In this document: in pieces, positions 13,571 to 27,270 of the stretch
How the letters are laid out: every line of letters starts with the position of its first letter
Numbering within the stretch: the first letter of the stretch is position 1
From: Podarcis pityusensis
Taxonomy: Eukaryota
NCBI GenBank assembly: GCA_964106645.2
Contig: OZ067043.1
Length of the DNA: 64,000 nucleotides
Reading direction: 5' to 3' (one strand)
Program-made: the position numbers and the translations under genes
The notes under the pieces: generated by a model
What the model saw: the letters and a program-made list of their open reading frames with translations, nothing else
Databases searched by the model: none
Told to the model about the DNA's origin: nothing

Positions 13571-16500
13571 GTATTATCTCTGAATGAGGTCATTGTGTCA
13601 AATTGATCTTGAACATGCTATCCCTGAAGCTAAATTTGTATCAGAATAAAGCAAAATGGAACAGAGAACAATCGGGGGAAGTTACCAAATTCAATGAAAT
13701 AGAACCAAATGACATCAATATGCTGCTAATGTGTTGTATAAGCAATAAAGTGGTACTCCAACAAAATGAGCAATACTGTGCAGTAACAATCTCATCACAA
13801 CAGCAGCATTGGGGAATCTGGAAGTTGCCTGTGTACCTGTCACCAAGTATATAAAAACAGTAACAAGTGAGGTAGCCATATATGTGTACAATTGTGTCCA
13901 TGATATACTTGGTTTCCATAATGCTTTCACCTCTTTCTTTTTTTAGGTGAAGTTGCGACTGGTATTCTCGGTACACGTGTATAGCCATATCACAGGCTCT
14001 ACTGCATGCATGGTGATCAGTGAGTGGGTCTAAAACCCACAACATTAACACGAACTGTCCCGAACATCTCTCCCCATACGCTTTACTAATGGAACCTTCA
14101 TTATGGAATTAGAAAAAAGAATGATCAGAAACTTCTGAAGATGAGAAAAATGCTTTGTGCCACATTCAACGAACTTGTTGCCCCCTCTGCTCTTCCCATG
14201 TCCCCCTATGTCCTCACCAAATTTACTTTGAATTTGAACATAGGGTGAGGAGAGGAATCATTCAATCAAACATGTGAAAATACTTGTGCTGATGGAATGA
14301 TCTCCTTAGCACTATGATGAATATCACCCTTTATCAATGTGGTGTTTTTAAACTTCTGTTTTCCCATTCATTAGTGAATTAAATAGATGTGAACAGGAAT
14401 GCAGAGTGTTCTATAAAATGAAACCAAGCCCATGCTTGCCTCTTGGGAGTACGTAGTCCAAACCACGGACTAACTGTGCTTACAAGGTCACTGAATATTT
14501 CCACAACGCTGTATCAGGTATGGGGTGAGAACTACTGGAGTCACCCAACTTTAAAAATAAAACCTTCGAAAGGAAGATGTTTCATTGTTATTCAGTAGTT
14601 TTCCTGCCTAACATACCCTCAAGCCAGGGGCACTGCTGAACCAATAACTCCATGCTGCTAAGCAATACTAAACTGAAACAGCAAGATTACAACTGTGGAA
14701 ATCTGTCAAAACATCTGCTGCTCAAGAAATCTAGCTATGTAACTTAAAACAAAATCAAACATCTTATGCTGTAATGGCAATGTAGCTTCAACCAGAACAT
14801 TTTTGTTTCTTAGCTGGCTCAATTAAATTTAAATTCAGACTTTTGCATATTAGCAAATTGCAGCCTACCTTAAGAGAAGATGGCTATAAAATAGCACCAC
14901 ATAGAGACCAGCATAAATTACTAAAAACTTGTGTGTGCATTTGAAAGGAAGTTACATACTAATTAAAAATAACAGCCACTCATCTTTCTTATTGTGATGC
15001 AGTACATGGAATGTTTGGGGATATTTCTGTAGTGTGCGTTACAGTGTGAATTATGGGATTAGTGTTCAATCAACCAACATAGATGTCAGCTGTTCAGTAT
15101 ACATTTGACTCCTCAAATTATGATACTTATTTTGCCTCAGTGCTTTATAATCTGTGGTTTTCTAGCATCCCACTCTAGAGGAATCTCTCCCATATTTGTT
15201 ATTCTGTATTCCTGTGAGTCTGCCACGGAACCTCAGTATCTTAGAGCATTAGTGGCCACATCTACTGAAAATGATTAATGGTCCTCAAAACATTCCCTAG
15301 AATATACTCAACAGTCCCCTGCATTGCACAATACAAATGGGGAGATCAGTAGAGGTGGCCATAATTGCCTTTTGTGAAAAGCACTGCTTTATGACTGCCT
15401 TAATACCCCTTGAACTGATCCAGTGCCTAATGTTGCTGGATGTACAGCTCAGACCATAACATCTCTATTTTTCTACAACCAAATCAAAGCAGACACTTGG
15501 AAATGTGACCCGCCCTGAGATTTTGTGGTAAAGGGCGGTATATAAATTTTAATAACAACAATGCCAAGCTTTTCCCATGCCATCCAGGCTATACACCTGT
15601 GTCCCACAGAGAGACTCCTCCTCCAATAAAATAGTATTTATCTTTCAAGGAGCATGACTTCTTAGTATTAAATAATTCAGTTCTTGTAAATTTCAAAAGT
15701 GTCTTAAGAAATGATAGCAATAGGAGACTACTGGAACTACAATTTGCAGTGTATATCCCTATCTGTATGTTCAAAGTATTAGGCACATCATCTGTCACTC
15801 CTTTTCTCCTAAGTGGATATTGAAACCTTTCTAATTCCATTCATGCAAAACTGATTTTATCATCTCGTTATGCCACTACAATGGTGGAAATCTCCCATTA
15901 TTCCTTCTGGTTTGTACTGGGATTTCCATTTCCTCTCCTCCCCCATGTGCCCCCAAAATCTGCTCTGGAGGGTTCCTCAAACCTACAGAGCTGATTTTGA
16001 GGGTGCATAGGGGTTTGGAGGGGACAGAAGAGGAAGTGGATAGGGTAGGGTCAAGTATATTCCCTATAGTCACAAGGCATCAGCGGACAGCATCGTAGTG
16101 AGCCAAGTAAAACAAAAAATAAGAACAGAATTGGAGTACAAGTCATTTCCCATAACCATGAGAAGTAAAACTTTCATTCCTAGTATGTCCTTCTTGCATC
16201 CCCTCCTAACTGCAGTTTAACTAACATGAACCCTAGTTGCTAGCATCCTGAGATATTGTATGCTTGAAAAGTGTGAAGTGAACCAAAGCTGACAGTTGAA
16301 AGTTTATATTTGATTCATCAGAAGCTTTGGGGCAAACAAATGCTTGTAAAGTGACAGTTAATTTTTTTACCCTTCATTTACACCAGTGACATATGACAAT
16401 CCTTAGTTGATCACCACTGTAGCATTGCCAATGTTACAAAATATATTGAACAAAAATGAAACAACTGTACTGATTCAGATTTATTGTGGGTTTGTGAATT

Positions 16501-19500
16501 TTAGTCATGCCTCCAAGTGCTGTTTTTTTTTTAAGTAACGAGTGGTCAATTGATAACCCTTCAACACATATTATTCCTTCCAAGTGTGAGTCTCCAGAAT
16601 TTTCAAGCTACATATTAGTAGGAAGGACATGAGAAAGAAAGCATTTGTTATTGGCCTTGGGATATCTTGGAACAGGGAACTATGAACATACATATGCTTC
16701 TCATATGGGAAATGATCTACTGTGAGGGCAAAACTATTTCCCCAGAGACTGCATATGGTTGTGCCTTAAATATAGCATGTTATGTTTCAGAAGAGGAGTA
16801 TTTCTTATTTCTATAGCAGATGGAAAGGAAGTGTAAGGAATATATAAAACCAGCATGCAGAGACATGTCCACAATAACATTCCACTTTTTCAGAATGCAG
16901 CTAAAACATAACATTCTCTTGTATGCAAGTTACCTCTGCAATTATTATTGTTATTGTTATTATTCATTTCATTTCTATACTGCTTTGCATTTTAAAGAAA
17001 AAACCCTCAAAGCAGTTTACAACCTACATTAAGGTGTCAAATAAAACAATACAGAATAATAGGAAACAAAAATATTATCTTAAAGATTTCAAAATAAAAC
17101 ATTTCAAAGGAGGTAAAATACAGAATGCACATCTAATGCAGCAAACAAAAAATATCTTAAACATTTCAAAAGAAAACATTACTAAAGGAAGTCAAACAAA
17201 ATGCACATTTAAAGCAGCATAAGTAGCAAGAGAGTAAGATATCACAAGCCTAGAACAAGCTGCTTTTGCTGCCAATCCTGCCAATGGTAGTGCATGACAG
17301 GCGGTGGCAGTGGCAGCTTGGGCTCAATGACCTGGGTCTGCATTAAGAGACAGCCAATTATTGATTAATTCAAAGAATTCAAGTATTTAAAAAATGCATT
17401 GGACATGATCTGTATGCATGCCTTAGGACTTGGGCATGACCAATAGCTAGTTAGTTAGAATTATTGTACCCTTGTTTCAAACTGTTTTTTGAAACATACT
17501 TGAGTTTAAAAAGCAGCTAATTGTGTTGCATGTGGGCCAGTGGCAGCTGTTCAATGAGAAAAATCCCACAAACAACCACAAATAGTCTATTCCAACACAT
17601 TGTTTCTCAGCAGATTTTGATTCGCATATTTATATTATGAGAAGGCAGACACAGCCATGAGGCCTAAGAAATGCAGGAAGGTTAAGAGTCAGTAGTGTAA
17701 ATTTAATTCAAAACAGGATCAGTGCGGGTTGAAAAGCAGATTACTTCTGTGAAACGTATCATTGCTAATATAGGAAAAGTCTAGGGCTTCAGGCTAACTT
17801 GGTAACATACATTATATAATTTCGCTTCTATCTGACAGGTTTTTGGATAATATGCTGGGGTCTTACAAAAGAAGACAGGGAAATTTCTAATCTTGAGGTC
17901 AAAATATATGGGACAATGAAAATGCACATGCCACTTAGCAAACTTTTTATTAAACTTCTGTAAGCAGCAGTATTTCCCCACCACCAAAGCTGCTGGTTTC
18001 CCCTTTGTGAAACACACCCATGCTTCGCTTATCAGGACAAATGGCTTAAGGGAGAAAACAATTTTATTCAGTGAAAATTGTGTAGTTTTGCCCTGATTTT
18101 GGCTATAAAGGAATGGATTGTACACAAGTTAATCGAGATCTCCCTATAGAAACCATGCTCTCCCTCTCTGGTAGAAGGCAAATAGTCTTAGGTTATTGCT
18201 CTCTACACAGACTCTGCACATTTAATTTAGACAAGATGGGGTAGGCATTTATGCTATTGTATCCAGTGTTTCTATGGCTCTAAATTCGACTGCTGAATGT
18301 AAGAAAGGGGGGAATACCATGAACAAGTGAGCCTGGTAACGATCACTGCAGGCTAATCAGACTTGACAGTAAATTGCATTTAGTCAAATTAATGTCAGAA
18401 CTTCAAATTATTTGCAAACATCCCGTACTTTAATGCCCTCAATTTTTACCTCATTCCTCCAATTAAAAAATGAAGCCAGAGGAGCCTAGGGCACTACATG
18501 AGGAGAGCAGATTTGCTTCTGACAAAGTCTCATTGAATCATTGTTGCACGCAACACTTTTATGGGAAGTTCAGTAGCAGAAAGGGGAAGAGGCAAAAAGT
18601 AAAGAAACAAAAATGTAATGGCTTAATGTACCTAAAGAAATATGTAAAGGGATGGACCTGTGTTGGGATGTGGTACATATTACCCCTCCCATCATGAACT
18701 CAGAACTGTTTCTAGTATGCTGATTTTGGTAAACTCAAATAGCAGCTGTTACCTGTTCCTAATAACGAAAAACAGTGCCAAACATTCATTCTCTACCCAT
18801 GAAGGTTATTATTTTTTCACTTGGCTTTAAGGAGTACATTGATGTACAAAAAGCCTCCACCATGCACACTGAACTAGATCCTAATTTAAGTTTATAATTT
18901 CAGCTATTACCACTATTAACTACATTTACACCCTGTCTTTCCCCCAAGAAGCTTAAGGTAGCACACATTGTTACCCTCTAATTTTCTTCTCAAAACACCC
19001 AGTTTAAAGTCCAATGCTCTAATCACCATACTACAGTTAGATTGCATAATAAGGACAGTGCTACAGTTTTGTTTTGTTTTTTTTGGGGGGGGAGGGATAA
19101 CCTCTGAGTGAAAAGCAAGGAAAATACAATCTTCATGTTTACTACAGGTTTGACCAATAGGCGCCTAGCCACTGAGGCGCAAATAAGTCACAGTATGGCT
19201 TATTATGTCATGTGAACCCAGACCATAAATTGTTTGTTTCAAACAAGCCATGAGCAGTAAGCCAGAAACAAACCAAGAACAAACCTACTATATATTGAAC
19301 ATACGCAGATGACTGAATATAAAGAAAGCAAGGGGATTTATATTTTAACTACACCGTGGCTGCTTCATCCAGAGCTTTTATATATGTGCCACCCATAAAC
19401 TTGCCTTGTCAAGTTCCAATAGCAGTACCAGTCCTAACAGGTGTTACTGTGGGATTAGAATTTTGACTGCATAAAGGCTGGTGTGACATTGTCCAATGTG

Positions 19501-20134
19501 GTGCACTGTGTGTGTGTGTTAAAAAACCTGAGTTGTCTTTGTACATTTCATAATATTTTATTTTTGTTTTTAAAAAACTATTATCAGTATAATCACTAAA
19601 CTGTATACCAATATACAACTTGTAAAGAGGCTGCCTCAGGTTGTCCATTAAATCAATGATCAGAGATAGTGACATGTTACTGAATTAATGCAGCCCAATC
19701 TTGTAACCTCCTGTTATCAAACAACTGCATGTAGCATTGCTTAGCAGCTAACAGCACTAAGCTAGAGAATGAAAGAATCTGAATTCCATTACTGTCTCTA
19801 CCCAAACAAAATATGCCATTTCGGGAGTAGTGGCTTTTCACAGAAAAATGTAGGCAGACTCCAGTTCTAATGTTCTGTAGCTATTCTCTTCCAAGCTGTA
19901 TGCCACTTGTTCAAAAATGAATTATCTAGGGTGAAATGCATAGAAAAGTATACAAAATGTATATATTATGAAGGTAAAGCTTACATATGGAAAATCCATA
20001 CAGAAATGCATGGAATTTAAATGCAAAATTCTGATGATGTCTTTTTTTTTATTAAAAAAAAACAGCAGAAAAGGGATGAAACAAACTTAAGATTGAAAGC
20101 ATGCTAAACTGACACATAAGAGAAATAGGCACAC

Positions 20135-20330
20135 CTTGAATCAAGCCTGGAAGGGAACATACAACCAGGGCAGATCAAGCAGTATTGGAGTAATATGCTC
20201 TGACCGACCTGTTCCAATAAATAACCTGGAGGTGGTGTTTTGTACCAGCTGAAGGTTCTGGACACGTTTCAAGGGCAGCCCCATGAGCATGTTACAGTAG
20301 TCAAGGCTGAAGGTGACCAGAACACACCTG
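20135..20330 (-). mobile_element. L2 LINE ORF2 fragment
   Basis: Translation LDYCN..GLP...LQLVQN...HITPILLDLPWL matches the L2 post-RT region. Confidence 0.85.
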
Positions 20331-23164
20331 ATTGTGGTGAATTTTAAGTGAATTGCTCTTTTGAAGTGGATCACAGAGAGAGAAATGCAAGCTGTAAATT
20401 ATTTTTGGGTGTCATAGCAATTCCCATATATAGTGATTATTTTGTTACATGCAATCATGATACTTATTTGGTAATCTTTCTATTTACCACCAACTTCTGT
20501 TTACCACCAACTTGGTCCTTGTCTGGACATGAAAAGTGGCAAATTGGAAGGGCAGCAGACAGTACTTATCCATATCCTTATCTAAAACAGAAGTGTTCAA
20601 AGTAAGTTTCTACAGAAACCAGAAGGTTGCACAGCCATGCTTCCTTCAGTCCAGTGTAGATCCCAGGTGTCAGCAGCCAGGGCTAGTGCCTACATGCTAT
20701 TTGGTTTCTAAGGAAGGAAGTTGTGATGGCTGAGGCAGAAATGGCAACTTCCAGGTCCTCTTTTTGAAAAAGAGTTTGCAAAGGTACTTCTTCCAAACAG
20801 GAGGACAGAGGAAGCCTAGTGTTTCACCTTTCCATCTCATCTCCAGAGTCTAATCACACCACTTCCTACACACATCATGCATGATTGTGAGTCCCCACTT
20901 GTCTATCATACGCCCAACACCCTATTTACATGTATTAGCTATAGCTTTCACAACATGACATCTTTTCTCAACCACCATATCAGCACTTATTTTGGAAACT
21001 GTTTTCCCCACAACAGATGAATAACTCTTAATTTGAGTATATTCACGAGGAAGCCAATAAAGTAGGAACTTTAAACAGAACATAAAAAGCATTTGTCCAG
21101 CTCTGGCAAAATGCATTTCACACTAATATTACTTTCAATGCCTGAGATATTTGATCCTGTCTGAGGAAAGCTATTTCTGATGCTTTTTTTTTTTTAAAGA
21201 AAAACACAACTGGACAGCATCAGGAAGGTATGTGTGCGTGTGCTTCACCTAATTTACCTTCTTCCATAAAGCAGGACATATATTTCAAGCACTTATCCAG
21301 CTTTTCTTTGAAAATTTACAACAGAAGATTATACATCCTCTTCAGACATCTTGCCCCATTGCTGAGCTATTGATATAGTTCTAAGCAGTAAGAAAAATTG
21401 TGCAGTATCTTGGATAGTTCAACCCAGAATCTCACATCATTCAGCCTACGTTCTATTTTTAAAAACCCCAACTTAATTTTTATTATTGCTAAAGCAATTA
21501 GCCTAATAGTCTACCTGGCAAAGTGCAACCCATTACCTAACATGCGTTGCTAGCCTCTGTGACAGTGAGATTTAATGCAACCCTTTTGATCTGTGCCAAT
21601 CCTTAAGAACCATATAAGCTCACAAACGCATTATTCAGTTTAACAAAAATCTGAAAAATCTGTGTTGGCAAAATAAGAAATGAAGCAACAGATTTTTTCT
21701 AGAGAATTCTGTCCCAACTGGCTTATGCTGTCTGAACCCTTTGTGAAACCTAATAAGTAGTTTTGGACTATGAACTATGTAGTTAACATGCATATGCTTA
21801 GATTCTGGACCAGGAAAAAGAAACTGACTTTCAAAAGTGAACTCCTTTTGTTGCAGCTTAATTCAGTTATGAAAACCAAAAGCCAGATGTGGAAACTACT
21901 AACACTGATGAGGAAAATAAGGGGGGTAGCATTTATGATTCTTCACTTTCTTATTTGGCTAAAACTTAAATCTGTTAAGCATGTATATATTGTAACAGAT
22001 AATGGAAGAATTATGAACTAAGCTGTTACTGAAAAAGGTACCCTTAAAGGCATCACTATGAAAGAAAAAATGGATTGCAACAACCACTTTAAAATAGGTG
22101 CAGCAGCAATGTTAGGCTTTCTTGTGAACATCAAACTGCTCTGGAAGGTAGAGAACAGAGTTGCAGTGATTCAATCCCTGAAATGTGTTCTTTAAAGTCA
22201 GAAAATACTATAAATGAAAATCAGAATTGGAATGATGCCCTTTATAGGTTGAACGAGCCATCCATGGAACTCAACTAAAACTCTAAAGAGAAACATATTC
22301 TGTTGCTTCCAAGAATGTAGAAACTTGCACAGGGATCATACCATAAAAATTTAATCTTACAATCCTTGAGGAAGAGATCACTTTAAACGAAGTGCAGCAT
22401 GCAAACATGCTACTCTTGCTACACAAAGAAGCAGTTGCAATCCTTACACTTCTTCTACCAAAAGCAAAAGGAGAGTATTTGTAACTCAAAATATCCCAAC
22501 GAAAGAATGTAACCAACATCCATTTTTCTGTCATGACTACACAGCCCTTTATTTGGGGTTATATACCATGTACTATATGGGAGCTGTCCAGGGTATTGAA
22601 AGTAATTATGGGTATGGAAAGGGCTTAGGGAAGATTCTCATGTCACTGTTCTATTTTCTGAAATTGATTATTCTGTAATAAAGAGCACTGCAGCAAGAAA
22701 AATGGTCACACAAGTACATGGTTCCTAATGTGCGCAAAAGTTACATCTGACACCCCATTCTTATTCAGCTGTGTAACCTCATGAACAACTATACAAGAAT
22801 CTGCCTTTAGGTCAGATAAGCTGCATCAAGTATTTGGGTTCAAAACTTCCCACTTCAGAAAGATCCTTAAAAAGGAAATGCAGAATAGCCCAAAGCTTGG
22901 AGCACTTCTTAACAGAACTAATATGGTAATACAATATATTACTTTCTTCTGTAGCCAGGAGTTTAAAAGTAGCATGTTAACTGCCAAAAATTAATAAACC
23001 ATACACTTAGCAGTGCTTTTTTTATTAAAATATTTAACATGTATTTATGTCTGCCAACATCCATTAAGACATGAATATATTGCCACATTATTCTTTCAGA
23101 AGAGGTATCTAAAATATGCTGGAGAAAGTTATCTAATCATTTGCACTGGATGGGACTAAGATAG

Positions 23165-23209
23165 TAAATTGGTTCTCTTTCTTTTGTTAAATTGGTTCTC
23201 TTTCTTTTG
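23165..23209. repeat. Tandem duplication of ~22 bp
   Basis: TAAATTGGTTCTCTTTCTTTTG occurs twice, separated by 1 nt. Confidence 0.9.
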
Positions 23210-25048
23210 AAACTACTGGATATGGGCATTGTGACAGTCATTGTTTATAAGAAAAATGCCTGGCAAATGTATCCAGGTTCCTTTTATTTCATTTTCCTGC
23301 TTTGTAAAATATAAAGTATAATTTCCTAAAAATTCAAGGTGGCAGCAATAATGGAGTCCCAATAAAGACAGGTGTGGTCTTAAGTCTGAAATAGAGGGAA
23401 TTTAAATTTTAAATGCTTGTAAGAGGATTAGAAGGAGCAATTATAAATAAGTTGTCCCCTAAATACATTCCCCCTGACAGTATGAATGATACTAACAGTT
23501 TGTATAGGTGTTATTAATTCCAATCATCCACCACTTACAGAATAGTCATTAACTGTAAACAGTTAATATTTTGTTAATCTTCCTAAATCTAACTCTTAGT
23601 GAAGGCTACACCTTTAAGTGAACAAATAAACACTACTCTGATTATTTAAGAAAAGCACTACCTGAAGTTGTTAACCCTAACAAGATTTTGTGAAAGACTA
23701 AAGCCTAGTCCACTTTGATAGCTAAAAGATTTGAGTTGTCTCCATTTCAAAAGAAATTTTACTTGTTTTGCATGGCTAGTGTTTTAACATGTTCAGGAAG
23801 GGATATCTGACCAGTTTTCAAACTCTGGACCTGCAGGGAATTCTGAAATTAGATACTGACCTTTCCTGAAAAATCAGCAAAGTGAACAGAGAGACATTCC
23901 TATGCTCAAGCTTTTTTAAGCAATTCAAAATCCTTTGCATCTGCCTTTAGGAAGGTGGAGACTGACAAAAAAGTCTACTGTGATTAAGGATTTGCAAATG
24001 TGTGGTTTACATTTTCTATGAAAATGGACCAAAGGGTGATAACCCATCATTTTTGGATGCTGAACCTTTGCTTCTTCCATAAAACGACTTCTTAAAGGAA
24101 GTTGGCATGCTAATAATTCAAACTCAGCAAGGATCCCCTTGGTAAGGATCTATTCCTTCCTAGTGCTGATGAATGATTGAGCCTAATTTAGCTAAGTGCT
24201 GACAGGGCCAACTAATGTTCAGCAACAATGACTGCATAAACAGTGTTGTGCTTTAAGAAGCTAAGTGATATGAATACCAAGGCAAGGATACTACACCTAT
24301 TATGTAATTTAACCAGAATGGCCAAAGCTTATTCTGTTTTGAACTGTCCTGTCCATAGATATCAGGAAGTATTGGGAACGGGTTCTTAAACAAAAAACAA
24401 AAACAAAATAGTTGAGATCCATCCTACATATGTGAAATGGGTTAGAGAGGAAAGCACAGGAGTTTGCTTCTGCAATACTTAGTATAGAATGCATCTTTAC
24501 CAGCTGAAGCAGCAGCATTTAAACAAGCCCCCAAATATACATTCATATGCAATCATTCCAGCAAGATAATCTCTAGCCTGCAGGTAGCTGAAAATGTTCA
24601 AGGAGTTAACAACTGCAGAAAGAATTCAAACATTTTTCTGTCGTTCATTTCCATCTGAAGCTGGTAGCTCAACTCTCAAAGTAAGACTAAGCTACTACCC
24701 AGGTGTCAACACAGCTTCAGTTTAACCCTTCATCTAGAAAAGCTTTCTTGATGTTCTTTCTATGAGTTTGGGATTTTTATGAATTCATAGGAGAACCTGA
24801 ACAACCCCCCCCAAAAAATGATTTTTTCTGTGCTATGTCCGTACTCATCCAGACAATCAAAAGAATTCAGCCTTGCCTTTCATGTGTTTAATTTGATCTG
24901 ACAGTGCTGCATAAACTGCTTTATCTGAGATCCAAATAATGCAAATATATATCTGTATTGTACAAAACAAGTTTCAATTTGCTTTCCAAAAGGTAAGCTC
25001 TGCAAGTCCCAATAAAACCTTGTAACTTTTTCCAACAAAGCTACTTAC

Positions 25049-25155
25049 CAGGAAGCGAACATCATCAAAGCCATTGAGAAGCAGTTTGCTCTCATACTGC
25101 TGTAAGCCGATGGACTCCAGCCACTCCCCAACACTCTGCTCCAGCATCCGTGAAC
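25049..25155 (-). CDS. ANKS1A: ANKS1A SAM1 exon, first half ([36 protein letters not shown])
   Basis: Acceptor cctctctcgtcag|GT and donor CTG|gtaagt. 107 nt, phase 1-0. SAM signature [10 protein letters not shown]. Confidence 0.97.
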
Positions 25156-25252
25156 CTGACGAGAGAGGAATCGGCAGACGCTTGAAAAAGGAAAACCCAT
25201 TAAGGCGGTAGCAGCGGCACTCTGAGGAAGACAGGTGGCATTGCCACATCAT
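25156..25252 (-). CDS. ANKS1A: Putative alternative N-terminus of an ankyrin-less ANKS1A isoform ([32 protein letters not shown]), in frame with the SAM1 exon
   Basis: ATG ATG TGG CAA TGC CAC CTG at 25252 runs without a stop into the SAM1 exon. Gap-free resemblance to the recalled ANKS1B/AIDA-1 short-isoform N-terminus. 5 CpGs retained in 97 nt. Confidence 0.75.
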
Positions 25253-27139
25253 AGTCATTACCATAAAGAAGCCAAACCAAGGCCAGAGTACAACAATTAG
25301 CTGACAGACAGTTCCTCTTCTGTACACAAACCATGAACAATAAGCTTCTGTCCTGTTCAAACTAGAGCGTTAATCGGTCTCCCGGTTATACTCAAACAAA
25401 CTCTGAATCCAAGCTGTTTAGAACCATTCCTGGGGCCAAGGCATCACATGCACTGATTTTCTGGCTCAAGTGTGCTCCTCGCCAGGCAAAAGCATCCCAA
25501 ACCTCACAAGACTCCTGGGTCAGCTCCTTGTTTCATCTGAGGGGGCTGAAAACTTTCCAAGGCAACATTCCAAGCCAAGGCTACAGGCACGAGAGACAAG
25601 AGAGGGCCAGCTCACAAATAAACACAGCCCAGCAGATGCTTGCATCCATGCAACTTCAGATGCATTACCTTGTACAACAGGCCAGTAAGGAAGACTGTTA
25701 GCACTGGAGGTGCAAAGCAGTTAGAGAGAAAATACATCTTCATGCAGCTGAGAGAGACAAACAGACACGATGGGTGTTCAGAAAAGCAGCAGCAGCCAGA
25801 TTAGTGAACAGCTGTCCAAAGGAAGACATGCAAGACAAATAAAAACAAAAACAAAAAAGACAAACTGCAGTAGAAGAATAAAGATTTATACTTTTTTTCC
25901 CCCAACAGTCCCGGAACAGGCAAACCATGGTACGGGCTTTTCTTTGTTATTTTATTATAAGGAGTGGAAGCATGAGGGACAACAAGCCTGAGCTTGGAAG
26001 TCCTGCCACTGTCATTTTATCATCTATCCAGATGCATGACATCCTGACAGCCGGTATTGACTGATCTGGGCTGGGAACCAGCGTCAACATCTAAACTGGA
26101 ACAAATAAGTATACCGGAGCATCCAGTCTGAGCAAAAAGATAAATGGTCAGCTCATTTTCCACCCAACATGCCTGCTCCTGCCAGTTCTTTGTTGACTTG
26201 TATTTGCCCGTCCTTCATTTTCTTCCACTAAAGGCAAGTACTACCTTCAAATTCCTTACTGAGATAATGAACAGCTTTCAGAACAAAGCATCTTAGCTCG
26301 TTGGTTTAAGGGGGTGAGGAAAGCCAAGCAAGATGAACACGCCCCCTCCCCTTTTCTCCGCAGCAGATAGGGTTAGATATGTCCTGGCACCTCCTTTCAG
26401 CTGGTTAGTCAGAAATAAATTCTTCCAAGAGCCCCGTAGAAGCTATATGGAACGCCTCTTCTTCCCTCCACACATCAGAGGAGAGTCTAGGAACTTGTTA
26501 CTTTCCCTGTGCAGAACTGGTGATATTTGATGAAGCAAGGAAAGTTCAGAGCCCACGTCTTTGCAGTCCTCAGAGGAATTGCTATGCAAGTCACGCAGAA
26601 TTTTCTCAGTCTTCCTAGCATGTCCGTCACTGAAGGGCATTTGCAAAATATTGATGAAGACACCGGGGTTGCAGTCTTTGAACCCTGTGGTTATCAGAAG
26701 TTCTGAACATCCTAAACTAGCCTCCACCCCTTTCTTTCCAGACTGCCTACACAATGCAGTGCTGGCTATTATCTGAACAATCGAGGGGTTAGAGATCCTG
26801 TTACGCTGGCCTTCAGAAAAGATCCTCTGTTAAGCAAGTCAGTGTTAATGAGTGCTCGGGAGCTGGCCAGCCTTCTTAATGCATACTGCAGCACAAGGGA
26901 TGCAGCACTCACAAAAGATTTCCTCCTCCCTTCTCTGACAAAGCCTGGGCAAAGGGACAGCATCTATATCCCCAAATTCCAAGCAGCAGGCTCTTGCTGG
27001 CCAGAGATTCTTTCCTTATCCAGGGCTGATTCTTTTCTACTCCATAAGCAGGCAAAAGGACTCTGGTATTTTCCCAGGCAAGCATGTGTCCCTTTCAGAG
27101 AGCTGCAGCAGACTGCTTTGTCTAAAGGCAGCAAGCTCC

Positions 27140-27270
27140 ACACTTGCAACGTCTCTCGCTCTCTCACTGGCTGTTCCCTCCCCTCCCCTCGTGCTCACAC
27201 CCCTCCCAGCAGAAGCAGTGATCAGGTTTCAGAACAGAAGCTGGCAAGGGAGAGAGAAATAAGACGGCAG
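27140..27270 (-). promoter_or_regulatory. Candidate internal promoter upstream of the MMWQ start
   Basis: Minus strand carries GGGAGGGGTGTG (CACCC/KLF-type) and GAGGGGAGGGGAGGG (Sp/MAZ-type) motifs with a few CpGs. It sits at the edge of a GC-elevated block with no recognisable TEs. Confidence 0.3.

Noticed and set aside
25265-25360. Longer N-terminal extension (MNRTEAY...) in the ORF track
   Set aside because: Starts at a TTG codon, and the recalled similarity to ANKS1B begins only at MMWQ.
26443-27167. Three minus-strand ORFs suggesting a large hidden coding exon
   Set aside because: They are separated by stops, show no recognisable homology and have no convincing donor. At most they are uORFs.
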